Virus record (IMG/VR): IMGVR_UViG_3300027753_000001
Span: 1-44,993 of that record
Length of the DNA stretch: 44,993 nt
Strand: one strand, 5' to 3'
Origin: a virus
Taxonomy: Duplodnaviria > Caudoviricetes
Shown: positions 8,862 to 18,364 of the stretch, piece by piece
Layout: each line of letters opens with the position of its first letter
Position numbering within the stretch: the stretch's first letter is position 1
Position numbers and translations under genes: made by a program
The notes under the pieces: model-generated
What the model was told of the DNA's origin: nothing
Seen by the model: the letters and a program-made list of their open reading frames with translations, nothing else
Databases searched by the model: none

Positions 8862-8922
8862 ATTTACTAATCTTTGTTGAATTGTTGAAGAGTAAAAAAT
8901 AAGAATTTTAGAGGTAAATATA

Positions 8923-9828
8923 ATGATAGAAGTAATTAAAAACGCAATAGATGCTAACGCTTTCGTTAGTACAAGTGCTAGTGCAGGGTATGTTAATCCT
9001 GTGTACTGGGATAAACAATTAAGAAAATATGCAGAACAAAATATGGTAATCACAAGATTCGCTAAAGTAATTGATACTTTACTTGGTCAAGATGGTAGCA
9101 GTATAAATGTAAGTTTAAACGTTGCTCCAACTATGGCTGCTGCTCTTGTAGAAAGCACATTAGGATCTGTAAGTGCTGTGACAATGACTCAAGTAGTTTA
9201 CACACCTACTGAATATGGTAAATTCTTCCAATTAAGTGATAAAGAAGCAAGAAGAAGTTTCTTTGACGCAATGGAGGATATGTCTATGAAAGGTGGATAT
9301 TCACTTGCTCTTAAAAGAGATGATTTCGCTTACGACTTATTAGTTGCTGGTGCTGGAAATGCAGTTGTAGCTAATGGTGTTGATGCTAGTGCTTTAGCTT
9401 CAAGTGATAGTATTGACTATGATGATATTGTTGATGCAATAACTTTAATCAAAACTGACTTATACAAGCCTAGAGCTTTAGTTGTTAGTCCTGGTGGAGC
9501 TGGTCAATTATTAAAACTTCCACAATTTGCTAGAGCAGATTACGCTGGTGACAGTGATGCTTTCAGAAGAGGATTAGTTGGAAAAGTTGCTGGTATTGAA
9601 GTTTATGAAAGTACAGTTGTTGCACCTGCTACAAACGTATCCACTGCTATATTAATAGGAGAAACTCAATTGGGCGAACCTGCATTTGGTATAGCTAGAA
9701 AAGCTTTACCTACTATGAGAACTGAATACGATGTTCTTGGTAGATTTACTACTATTGGTATAGTTGAAGAGTGGGATATGAAAGTAGAAAGAGCAAACGC
9801 TTTCGCTACAATCAAGTACTACGAATAA
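8923..9828 (+). CDS. major capsid protein (HK97 fold)
   Basis: 301 aa; position; NPVYWDKQL, YDDIVDAITLI, ALVVSP, GLVGKVAGIEVYES; followed by a terminator. Confidence 0.9.
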   Translation: MIEVIKNAIDANAFVSTSASAGYVNPVYWDKQLRKYAEQNMVITRFAKVIDTLLGQDGSSINVSLNVAPTMAAALVESTLGSVSAVTMTQVVYTPTEYGKFFQLSDKEARRSFFDAMEDMSMKGGYSLALKRDDFAYDLLVAGAGNAVVANGVDASALASSDSIDYDDIVDAITLIKTDLYKPRALVVSPGGAGQLLKLPQFARADYAGDSDAFRRGLVGKVAGIEVYESTVVAPATNVSTAILIGETQLGEPAFGIARKALPTMRTEYDVLGRFTTIGIVEEWDMKVERANAFATIKYYE

Positions 9829-9866
9829 GCTTAGGCTTATTCATTTTTTATTTTTTTATTTTTTTT
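9823..9866 (+). terminator. hairpin plus T-tract terminator after the capsid gene
   Basis: GAATAAGC-TTAG-GCTTATTC then long T runs. Confidence 0.75.
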
Positions 9867-9878
9867 GGGGTTATATTT

Positions 9879-10550
9879 ATGGTTATGTATACTACACTTG
9901 TTGATGTTGAGAATGAAATTAGGGCAGAGTTTGCTTTTGATAATGATACTATTCCTAGCAGTCAGGCTGTCACTGAGTGGATTGGTCAGGCTAGTAGTGA
10001 GGTTGATTTAAGAACGGATAATATGTATAGTAGCACTCTTAGTTCTAGTGTTTATCTTGACAGTGATGGTAGTGGTGTTTTATTGTTACCTACTAATCCT
10101 ATTATTAGTATTAGTGAGCTTCGTTATAATAAGAGTCCTATGGGTGTGACTCCTGAGTGGGTTACTCTTGTTAATGGTGACACTTTTGATTATTATTATT
10201 ATTCTGATACTGGTGCTATTCATTTCATTAATGGGGATGATAGTACTAATAATTTAATACCTGGTAGGGGTAGTAGGAAGTTCTGTGTTACTTATACTAG
10301 TGGTTATAAGACTGTTCCTAGTTATATTAAGAGGTTAGTGACTTTAATGGTTGCTAAGAGAGTTATTTTATCGTTGGTTAGTAGTCAAGCTAATGTTGAG
10401 GGTGGTAGTATCCAGGTGGGTACTATTAAGGTTAGTGACCCGTCTAATTTTAGTTTGAGTACTATTAAAGGTATTGATGCTGAAGTTAAGGATTTGTTTA
10501 GTAATCTTGGCTTGGATTTTAAAGTTTTTAAAATTAGTAAGGTTTATTAA
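9879..10550 (+). CDS. head-tail adaptor protein
   Basis: YTTLVDV...IGQASSEVD...VTYTSGY..VP; start moved to ATG 9879. Confidence 0.78.
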   Translation: MVMYTTLVDVENEIRAEFAFDNDTIPSSQAVTEWIGQASSEVDLRTDNMYSSTLSSSVYLDSDGSGVLLLPTNPIISISELRYNKSPMGVTPEWVTLVNGDTFDYYYYSDTGAIHFINGDDSTNNLIPGRGSRKFCVTYTSGYKTVPSYIKRLVTLMVAKRVILSLVSSQANVEGGSIQVGTIKVSDPSNFSLSTIKGIDAEVKDLFSNLGLDFKVFKISKVY

Positions 10551-10552
10551 AG

Positions 10553-10810
10553 ATGGCTGTTAGAAATATAATTAATGAGGAAATCGCTATAATGAAGACT
10601 GATATTAATTATTTAAAAGAAGGCGTCAGCGATCTTAAAAATATGTTTAAGGAGTTCGTTGATAAAGCAGACAGTAAGTACGCTACAAAGGAAGAGCTGT
10701 TCGAGATTAAGAACATGGCTAGTTGGAATAGGGATAGAATAATGGACTTGGTTTATAAAGCAGGGGTTATTATTGGTATTCTTTACATAGTTTTCGGTAC
10801 AGGTGTATAA
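10553..10810 (+). CDS. small coiled-coil protein with C-terminal TM helix (holin-like candidate)
   Basis: Coiled coil then hydrophobic AGVIIGILYIVF. Confidence 0.55.
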   Translation: MAVRNIINEEIAIMKTDINYLKEGVSDLKNMFKEFVDKADSKYATKEELFEIKNMASWNRDRIMDLVYKAGVIIGILYIVFGTGV

Positions 10811-11177
10811 GTTGGTTAACGCTACTAGTATTCAGAGTAGGATAATTAAGAAATTATTTGTTGGTCTTGGTACTACTGCTACTCTTCAAGTGAATACTCC
10901 TACTTATAATAATCGTGGTGATATGACTGAGGTTCTCGGTGCTGCTTCCACGTTAACTGTTGTTCCTTTTTTAGAGAATACTAATGTTAGTGCTTTCTTT
11001 GAGTTTAGTAAGAGTGCTAAAGGTGATTTGTTCATGGTTGTTAAGCACGACGTTGTTGTTGGTGTTGACGACATTATTAATTTTAATAGTAAGGTTTATA
11101 AAGTAATCCTTGTAGAGAATTATTCTTTGAAGGGAGTTAATTTATGCCAAATACTTACGCTTACCGAATCATTATAG
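10803..11177 (+). CDS. head closure (stopper) protein
   Basis: Beta-rich 124 aa, DDIINFNSKVYKV, neck position. Confidence 0.62.
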   Translation: MYKLVNATSIQSRIIKKLFVGLGTTATLQVNTPTYNNRGDMTEVLGAASTLTVVPFLENTNVSAFFEFSKSAKGDLFMVVKHDVVVGVDDIINFNSKVYKVILVENYSLKGVNLCQILTLTESL

Positions 11178-11246
11178 GTTAATGGTTCTTGTCTATGCAC
11201 ACAGGAGGTTGTGTGGGAAGATTATAAAAATTTGTTGTGATTAAAA

Positions 11247-11663
11247 ATGACTATAAGTGATGCTACACTAACTAATGATATTTATGATGCTGTTTATACT
11301 AAGATTAGCACTGGTACTTTAGTTGCTGGTTTAAGTCCTAAGTTCACAGGTATTTATCCTGATGAAAAGACTAATTTGTCTAATCCTATAATTGTTATAA
11401 GTCCAGTTAGTAGAAGTTTTTCTAACGCGTTCTTTAACGGTGCTAGTACTTATAAGTTTGTTGACGAGTTAGGTATTAACATAGTGGTTTTCAGCAAGAA
11501 GTCTATTCATGTTGATGAGTTATGTGATGCTATTAGTGCTCGTTTCCTTACGCCTATTAGTGGTCTTAATTTGGTTAGTTATAATGAGAGTGAGAACTTC
11601 GTAGTTATTAATGATCAGCCTGTTAGGAGTAAAACTATTAGTGTTAGTTGGGATAGAAAATGA
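11247..11663 (+). CDS. tail terminator protein
   Basis: 138 aa, PIIVISP...INIVVFS...DELCDAI pattern; position. Confidence 0.62.
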   Translation: MTISDATLTNDIYDAVYTKISTGTLVAGLSPKFTGIYPDEKTNLSNPIIVISPVSRSFSNAFFNGASTYKFVDELGINIVVFSKKSIHVDELCDAISARFLTPISGLNLVSYNESENFVVINDQPVRSKTISVSWDRK

Positions 11664-12088
11664 TTAAGATTGATGTTAGGGTTGATGATAAGAATGTTAA
11701 GCGTAGGCTTAATAACTTACAGAAAGCTATTGATTCAGGCGTTCCTGCTGACTTAAACATGGCTGGTAGGAAGCTTAGGGATTTAGTTAAGCTTGATATG
11801 CCTAAAGATACTGGTAGTAGTGCTCAGAGTATTATAGTTAGCAGAAGGGACTTTAAAGGCAGTAAGGCTTTATTGTTGACTCAGAGTTTTAAACCTCATC
11901 CTGAGAAGTCATGGAATGGTGCCTGGTTTAATATACCAAGGTGGATGTTTAGAGCTAGTACAAGTAAGGTTGTAAAGCATTATGTTAAGAGTGGAAATGT
12001 TGCACAGATGAGAAAAGCACCGAGTATGGTGTTTAAAGAGTTTAAGACTAAGATTGTTAGTCGGTTTAAATATAGTTGGAGAAAGTGA
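11660..12088 (+). CDS. tail completion protein (HK97 gp10-like)
   Basis: Basic; MPKDTG motif. Confidence 0.65.
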   Translation: MIKIDVRVDDKNVKRRLNNLQKAIDSGVPADLNMAGRKLRDLVKLDMPKDTGSSAQSIIVSRRDFKGSKALLLTQSFKPHPEKSWNGAWFNIPRWMFRASTSKVVKHYVKSGNVAQMRKAPSMVFKEFKTKIVSRFKYSWRK

Positions 12089-12094
12089 AGATTT

Positions 12095-12607
12095 ATGGCA
12101 GATACAAGTATTAATAAGGATAATGTAACAATTTATGTTGCTGCAGCAGATGTTGATGGAAGTTCATTAGCTAGTAGTAATAGTGTTGTTGGTGAAATAA
12201 CAAGTGTTAGTTGGAGTGGTTTAGAACCTCAAAGAGAAACAGTTAATGTTTATGGTGGTCAAGTTAGAAAGAAACAGCCTAGAACAGATTATGAAGTGTC
12301 TATGGAAGTTTTATTAAGCGGAGCTAGTGCTACTACTATTGAGAGATGGCAAAAACTATTTATGAGTGATGGTACAAGTACAAGTGATCCTGTTAATAGC
12401 ATGATTATGATAGAAGCTCTTAAAGGAAGTGTTTATGATTCTACTGGGTTTAATAATGCAGAAATAACAACTCTTAGCTTTGATGCTCCTGCAGATGACA
12501 GTGTGACTATGAGTCTTACTTTCACAGGTAGTAGTACATCAGAATTAGGAGCTGCTAATGTTAAGTCAAGTGCGTTAGTTCATAGTTCAGCGTTTTTTAG
12601 TTGGTAA
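12095..12607 (+). CDS. major tail tube protein
   Basis: 170 aa S/T-rich beta protein, ITTLSFDAPADDSVTMSLTFTG; position. Confidence 0.75.
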   Translation: MADTSINKDNVTIYVAAADVDGSSLASSNSVVGEITSVSWSGLEPQRETVNVYGGQVRKKQPRTDYEVSMEVLLSGASATTIERWQKLFMSDGTSTSDPVNSMIMIEALKGSVYDSTGFNNAEITTLSFDAPADDSVTMSLTFTGSSTSELGAANVKSSALVHSSAFFSW

Positions 12608-12612
12608 TTAAC

Positions 12613-13986
12613 ATGGTTGAGTTCACTCATTTAAACGATAGAGAATTTAGGAATAACCTAACGAGAGTTGTAGATGACGCATTGACTATTCCTGTTTCTA
12701 CGTATAATAGTGGTGGGCTTAATAGTGTTTCTAACCCTTCTTTTTTTGCTTTAGGCGACAGTCCTAGTATTGACGCGTTTGCAAGGTTAAGAGTTAGTAA
12801 TCCTGAAACCATTTTTGATAGTAAGAATTTATATAATGATGCTGACATAGCGGATAATGCTGAGAACATACCACTGTTTTATGATAATCAAGAAGTTAGC
12901 GGTAGTGGCACTAGTACTAGTTATGATCCTAATAAGGCTCAACAAACTTTAGTTGTTGGTGCATCAACTGCTGGTAAAAGAATTCGTCAGACTAAGATGA
13001 GGTTTAACTATAAACCAGGTAAAAGTCAACTTGTTCTTATCACTTTTAATATGCATGGTAATGACGCTGGTATAATTAAACAAGAAGGGCTATTTGATGA
13101 TAATAACGGTTTATTCTTAGAACTTAACGGTCTTGACACTTATTTGGTTCAAAGAACTTTTAGTAGTGGCTCAGCGGTTGATACTAAGGTTGCTCAGAGT
13201 AATTGGAATGTTGATCCGTTTGATGGTACTGGTCCTAGTGGTATCACACTTGATTTTGATACTACTCAGATATTAATCATTGATTTTGAGTGGCTTGGTG
13301 TTGGGCGTGTTAGAATGGGCTTCGTTGTTAATGGTTTAATTTATTACGCTCACAATTTTAATAATGCTAATAATCTTAGTGTTGTTTATATGAGTACTCC
13401 TAATCTTCCTCTTAGAAGTGCTATTGAGAATGATGGTACTGGAGTTAGTAGTAATCTTAGTCAGATTTGTTGTACTGTTATTAGTGAGGGTGGAAACACT
13501 GATAGTGGTAGTATTAGGTATGCTTCCACTGAAGGAACTCATGTTGATGCTAACACAGAGAATAATGTGTATGCTATTATGGGTATTAGGCTTAAAACTA
13601 ATTATATTGGTGCTAGTGTTAAGATTATGAATGCTGCTTTGCAGTTACATAGTGCTACTAGTAAGTGTGAGTGGTTCCTTGTTGGTAATCCTGTTGTTGC
13701 TGGTACTTTTACTTATGTTGGTGAAAGTATGAGTGCTTGTGAGATTGCTAGGGGTGCAACTGCTAATACTGTTACTGGTGGTATTAAGTTCGGCGGTGGT
13801 TTTATTGAGAGTCAAGGTGCTCAGAGTGGTAGTAGTGGTAGTCAGAGTAAAGGTATAGAGAATGCTATTCTTTTAGGTTCTGCTATTGATGGTACTAGGG
13901 ATTCAATAGTGTTATGTATTAGACCTATTGGTGGTAGTACTAATGTTGATGTTGAAGGTAGTTTGACTTGGAGAGAATTACAATAA
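12613..13986 (+). CDS. putative virion structural protein
   Basis: DAFARLRVSNPETIFDS, YKPGKSQ and IDFEWLGVGRVRMG motifs resemble a phage structural family; lies inside the tail operon. Confidence 0.65.
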   Translation: MVEFTHLNDREFRNNLTRVVDDALTIPVSTYNSGGLNSVSNPSFFALGDSPSIDAFARLRVSNPETIFDSKNLYNDADIADNAENIPLFYDNQEVSGSGTSTSYDPNKAQQTLVVGASTAGKRIRQTKMRFNYKPGKSQLVLITFNMHGNDAGIIKQEGLFDDNNGLFLELNGLDTYLVQRTFSSGSAVDTKVAQSNWNVDPFDGTGPSGITLDFDTTQILIIDFEWLGVGRVRMGFVVNGLIYYAHNFNNANNLSVVYMSTPNLPLRSAIENDGTGVSSNLSQICCTVISEGGNTDSGSIRYASTEGTHVDANTENNVYAIMGIRLKTNYIGASVKIMNAALQLHSATSKCEWFLVGNPVVAGTFTYVGESMSACEIARGATANTVTGGIKFGGGFIESQGAQSGSSGSQSKGIENAILLGSAIDGTRDSIVLCIRPIGGSTNVDVEGSLTWRELQ

Positions 13987-14012
13987 GTATATGTGTGAAA
14001 AGGTGATTTGAA

Positions 14013-14336
14013 ATGGTGAGTAAGCAAGAGTTGTTTGATTTGGGTAAGAAACTTACTAAGATGTCAAGTGAGAATGGTGACATGGGTTTTAGTATTAAGT
14101 ACACTGCAACAGATGGTAATCTTAGAATCCACGAGGATTTTATAAAGTTCTGTTTTGACAATAGTAATAACGAATTCCTACAAGGTATAAAGTTGTTACT
14201 TGATAGTTATAAGACTGCTGAGTTAATCAGTGATATGGCTGAGTACTTATCAGTTCTTGATTTAAGAGTTAGTGATTTAAAAAATGAAATAGAATCTTTA
14301 CAAGTTAAAGACAATAAAGATAAAAGGGTGTTTTGA
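14013..14336 (+). CDS. hypothetical protein
   Basis: 107 aa; AGGTGA RBS. Confidence 0.7.
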   Translation: MVSKQELFDLGKKLTKMSSENGDMGFSIKYTATDGNLRIHEDFIKFCFDNSNNEFLQGIKLLLDSYKTAELISDMAEYLSVLDLRVSDLKNEIESLQVKDNKDKRVF

Positions 14337-14337
14337 A

Positions 14338-14676
14338 ATGGTGAATATAAGTTTAGGTATTAAAGTAGAAGAGTTTGAGTTTGCAGAAGGACAAAAAATA
14401 ACAATTAAACCTGTTAATGGAAAGTATTTGAAAGTACTATTCGCTGTCACTAATAAACTATCCAGTGTAAGTAGTGAGAGTTTAAGTGATGAGGAGTCTG
14501 CTGGTGTATTCTTGTCAGCTCTAGGTGAACTTGACTTAGATTCAGTGTTTGAGATGTGTAAAGATAGTATTAAGCATAACTTTGTTACTGCTGAAGACCT
14601 TGAACAAATTGATTATTTTGTAAGTAATCAGTTCCTTAAATTATTGCCTTTAGTTGTCAAAGTTAATATGTCATGA
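14338..14676 (+). CDS. tail assembly chaperone
   Basis: Acidic 112 aa, two genes upstream of tape measure. Confidence 0.6.
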   Translation: MVNISLGIKVEEFEFAEGQKITIKPVNGKYLKVLFAVTNKLSSVSSESLSDEESAGVFLSALGELDLDSVFEMCKDSIKHNFVTAEDLEQIDYFVSNQFLKLLPLVVKVNMS

Positions 14677-14879
14677 TTAATTTAGATAAATATGTTAGTA
14701 CTAAGAGTAAGGAAGCTGACTTGTTCAACTTGTACTATGTCTTAGCTTCAGAGTTTGGTTACTCTGAAGAAGTTATTAACAATAGTAGTGTGCCTTTCCT
14801 GCTTGGCTTGTTTAATAAGCACGTGGAGAGGATTAAAGCCGAGAATAAGGCTATGAGTAAAAATAATAAGGGTAAGTGA
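14673..14879 (+). CDS. tail assembly chaperone, second part
   Basis: LYYVLASEFGYSEEVI pattern; directly before tape measure. Confidence 0.6.
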   Translation: MINLDKYVSTKSKEADLFNLYYVLASEFGYSEEVINNSSVPFLLGLFNKHVERIKAENKAMSKNNKGK

Positions 14880-14883
14880 TATT

Positions 14884-16311
14884 ATGAATGATTTGTATGA
14901 GATTGAAATTAGAGCTAAAGTAAATAAGGCTCTAGAAGACATAAAGAAGTTAAACAAAGAGTTTAAAAAGGGTTCTATAAGTGTTGATTCTTATAGGAGG
15001 ACTTTAGCTCAACTTCAAACAAATCTTGATAATACTAAGTCTAGTCTTAATACTAGTTTAAAAAGTGCTAGTAGTATAACTGATGCTATTAAGAAAAATG
15101 ATAAAATTTATGGTGCACATAATAAAGTTTTAAACGCTAATGACCTTATGAATAAAGCAGTTGCAGAAACTACTTCTAAATTAACTAAGCAGATTAATGC
15201 TAATAAGGTTGCTATGGCTTCATTAGGAAAAACGGCTAAAATGAATCCTTTCCCTGGTTGGGCTATGAGTATTATGTTCTTCGGTATGGCTATGAAGCAA
15301 ACTTTTACTAGTATAGCAAGGTATGGTCTTACCACATTTAAAGACATTACTAGCACTATGGAAGGTGCAACTACGCAGAGTACCTTATTAGAGGGAGAGA
15401 TGAAGTATTTAGGCTTCGTTATAGGTGATGCTTTACAACCTATTATTGGTTTTTTAATTCCTATTATTAGTAAGATTAGTGAGTGGGTTGAGAATAACCC
15501 TAAATTAACTGCTAGTGTGATTGCTTTAGGAGTTGCTCTAGGTACTATTTTTACTGTTGGTGGTGGAGGTTACTTAGCTTATAATGGTTTCAAAGATTTT
15601 TATACTTATATAAATAGTAAGGACTGGGCAGCTGCAGGTGACAAAGTTAAATCAGGTTTAACTATAGGTGCTATAGTTCTTAGTATTAAGTGGGCTGGTG
15701 ATGCTGTAGAGAGTATTAAGGATGGTAAATTTGTAGATTCTTTGTTTGAGAGTGCTGCTAGTGTAATGAGTGCTGTCGGGGGCTATAAGCTTTGGAATAA
15801 GCAGAAAGGCGGTGGATGGTTCATGGTTATTGGTGCTGTACTTAAAGGCTTAGCAACTGATGACTTCATAAAAGAAATATTTGCTACAGTAGGGCTTGTA
15901 GCTGCGTTATTTACTGCTCTTGGTGATATGATTTATGATAAATTAAAAGATAATGTTAAAAGAGCTATATTTGACGGTCTTACGACTGTTATGGCTTTAG
16001 GTATTCCTGGAATGGAAATATTTAAAGACAAAATGATGAAGACAATGCCAAGTACTAGCACTAAAAGTTTTGGTGACTACTATAGGAATGCTTATGCTGA
16101 TACTATGCTTACAGGTGATTACTTACAGAATGAGTTTAATGCTTGGAAGCAAAAAATTGATGATGAAGTAAACCTTAAGAAAGAAGGTAGTGGTGACACT
16201 AATCTTTATTTTAATGATACTAAAATAGGTGATGCTGACTTAGCAAAGAGTATACTTGACGCTGTAAATAAGGCTGATATATCAATGCTGTCAGGATATA
16301 ATGGTGGATGA
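14884..16311 (+). CDS. tape measure protein (short, 475 aa)
   Basis: Helical, A/G-rich, hydrophobic segments, EWVENNPKL motif. Confidence 0.82.
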   Translation: MNDLYEIEIRAKVNKALEDIKKLNKEFKKGSISVDSYRRTLAQLQTNLDNTKSSLNTSLKSASSITDAIKKNDKIYGAHNKVLNANDLMNKAVAETTSKLTKQINANKVAMASLGKTAKMNPFPGWAMSIMFFGMAMKQTFTSIARYGLTTFKDITSTMEGATTQSTLLEGEMKYLGFVIGDALQPIIGFLIPIISKISEWVENNPKLTASVIALGVALGTIFTVGGGGYLAYNGFKDFYTYINSKDWAAAGDKVKSGLTIGAIVLSIKWAGDAVESIKDGKFVDSLFESAASVMSAVGGYKLWNKQKGGGWFMVIGAVLKGLATDDFIKEIFATVGLVAALFTALGDMIYDKLKDNVKRAIFDGLTTVMALGIPGMEIFKDKMMKTMPSTSTKSFGDYYRNAYADTMLTGDYLQNEFNAWKQKIDDEVNLKKEGSGDTNLYFNDTKIGDADLAKSILDAVNKADISMLSGYNGG

Positions 16312-16778
16312 ATATGGCTGAGATAATAACATTTAAACATTCAGTGCTAGGAAACAAGAAAGTACTAGCAAATAATATTAGGTACGCTTGGAAGAACTTT
16401 AACAGCGTAGCTAGTGTAGAAGGTAAAGGATTACTTAACGATAATGGTATAAGTAGTGTTAGTCAGAAAGGGTGGAGTAACCCTACTATTAGCATGAACA
16501 TAGTACTTCCAGATAAAAGCAGTGCTTGGTATACTACTAATGGTATGATGAGCTGGGCTGATTTTAATGCGTATGTTAGGGATGTTAAAACTAGTGCTGC
16601 TACAGGTTTAATACTTAGTATAATTAGTGAAGCTGATAACAGTAGAACTCTTACTAGTTATGCTAGTAGTAGTAGTGGTGTTACTGATATACCTGTTGTT
16701 GTTGACTCTTACACGGTAAGTATAGACCCTAAGAGTAACCTTTACACTGTTAATATTAACTTTATAGAAGATGTATAA
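16308..16778 (+). CDS. distal tail-like protein
   Basis: Position after tape measure; ends YTVNINFIE. Confidence 0.55.
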   Translation: MNMAEIITFKHSVLGNKKVLANNIRYAWKNFNSVASVEGKGLLNDNGISSVSQKGWSNPTISMNIVLPDKSSAWYTTNGMMSWADFNAYVRDVKTSAATGLILSIISEADNSRTLTSYASSSSGVTDIPVVVDSYTVSIDPKSNLYTVNINFIEDV

Positions 16779-18003
16779 TACTTTATTAATTAAAGCCTAT
16801 GATAGGATAACGAATAGTTGGAGTGATACTCCTGTCACACTTAGCAACGCAACTAATAAGAATGCTAAGATAAGCGTAGGTGAAAGTAATGATGATGCTA
16901 ACTTCCGTTTATTAATCAGTCGTGATAATGCTTATGATGTTGTTGGTGAAGAAGACAAGGTTGAGTTCTATAACTTAGTTAACACTAGTGTTGCTAGTAG
17001 TTCTAACTTAATTTTTAGTGGTATTATTAAGAACCTTAGTTATGATTTGACTACTAATGGTAACTTTGTTAATGTTAAATGTAACAGTTTTAACGAAGTG
17101 GTTACTAGAGGTATTGTGTTTATTGATGTTAATAATGTTAATGTTATGCAGTTTTTACAGGCTGCTCTTGATAGTACTAAGAATTTTAATTTAAATAACA
17201 GTTTTGATGTTACGTGGGATTCCGCGTTTAATCCTACTACTAAGGAGGATGGTTCTGCTTTCCCTCTACTTAATAGTGGTAGTAGTGTTAAGGAGTATTA
17301 TAAGAGTCTTAATAAGGTTATTAGTGATTATTTGATTCCTGATAATACTGGTGATGGTAATTATTATTGGTGGATTACTCCTGATAATAAGTTCAGAGTT
17401 GCTAAGAATCGTGATGCTACTATTAGTAGTCTTACTTTAACTGAAGGTTCTGACTTTGTTAGTGTTAAGAGAACTATGGATAGTAGTGAAGTTGTTAACT
17501 TCGTAATAGTCAGGTGTGGTACTGCTCCTAATGGTGATGGTATTACTACTAGGGATCAGGATCCTGTTAGTACGACTAAGCATGGTCTTAGGTTTAAGTA
17601 CATAGTTGATATGAATATTACTAGTAACTTGATTGCTACTGAGAAGAAAAATAATAGTAGTAGTTTTAATGATAATGATTTGTTCCCTAATAGTTATCCG
17701 TACACAATTACTACTTGGACTGACGCTGATGGTCAAATTGTGAGTGGTGCTGATGCATGGGTCAGTAAAGTTAAGAAGGAAGCTAGACGTATAGGTAAAA
17801 CTAGGGCTAGTGATCTTATTAGTAAGTATGGGGATGGTGTTTTAAAGTATTCTTTTAATATGAAGCCTACTATTAGTTTTAGTGTTGGTACTAAGGTCAG
17901 ATTGGTTATTAGTAGTATTGGGGTTAATGATGATTTTGAGGTTACTGACGTGTTCTATGATGAGAATGGTGTATTAGTAACGGTTAAGGAGGTTGTGGTA
18001 TGA
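16771..18003 (+). CDS. baseplate hub / tail tip protein
   Basis: LIFSGII, VVNFVIVRCG, DPVSTTKHGLR; position. Confidence 0.68.
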   Translation: MYNTLLIKAYDRITNSWSDTPVTLSNATNKNAKISVGESNDDANFRLLISRDNAYDVVGEEDKVEFYNLVNTSVASSSNLIFSGIIKNLSYDLTTNGNFVNVKCNSFNEVVTRGIVFIDVNNVNVMQFLQAALDSTKNFNLNNSFDVTWDSAFNPTTKEDGSAFPLLNSGSSVKEYYKSLNKVISDYLIPDNTGDGNYYWWITPDNKFRVAKNRDATISSLTLTEGSDFVSVKRTMDSSEVVNFVIVRCGTAPNGDGITTRDQDPVSTTKHGLRFKYIVDMNITSNLIATEKKNNSSSFNDNDLFPNSYPYTITTWTDADGQIVSGADAWVSKVKKEARRIGKTRASDLISKYGDGVLKYSFNMKPTISFSVGTKVRLVISSIGVNDDFEVTDVFYDENGVLVTVKEVVV

Positions 18004-18335
18004 CTATTTATGATGCTATGCTTAATGGTGTTAGCAAGTTGGTTAGTGGTGAGAGTAATGTTACAGTGAGTGCTATGCTTATTAGCAGTGTTAGTTCTGA
18101 CATTGTAGGTTCTGAGTTTGATAGAATTACTACTAGTAATAGTAGTAGTGGTGTTAATTCTTTGTTTGAAATGACTAGAAGCAGTGTTAGTGCTAATAAT
18201 GAGGTTTTGGCTGGTGTTGGTTTAATGACTAGTATTAGTGGCGGAGAGTTATGGGCTGATACTGTGATGAGTAGTTTGGTTCATACTACTGATTTTGATT
18301 TTGAAGTCGTGTATCAGATTAAGTTCAGTAAATAA
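18000..18335 (+). CDS. small baseplate/tail protein
   Basis: 111 aa, GSEFDR...GVGL; coupled to hub gene. Confidence 0.55.
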   Translation: MTIYDAMLNGVSKLVSGESNVTVSAMLISSVSSDIVGSEFDRITTSNSSSGVNSLFEMTRSSVSANNEVLAGVGLMTSISGGELWADTVMSSLVHTTDFDFEVVYQIKFSK

Positions 18336-18364
18336 AAAAGTGGTTTTTGAAGCGGTGGTGTATT

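Noticed and set aside
12588-12613. Frameshift fusion of tail tube to the next gene at GTTTTTT
   Set aside because: The -1 frame has TAG at 12598-12600 immediately after the slippery run
14640-14676. Programmed -1 frameshift between tail chaperones
   Set aside because: TAA at 14664-14666 closes the -1 frame and no slippery heptamer follows; simple ATGA coupling fits
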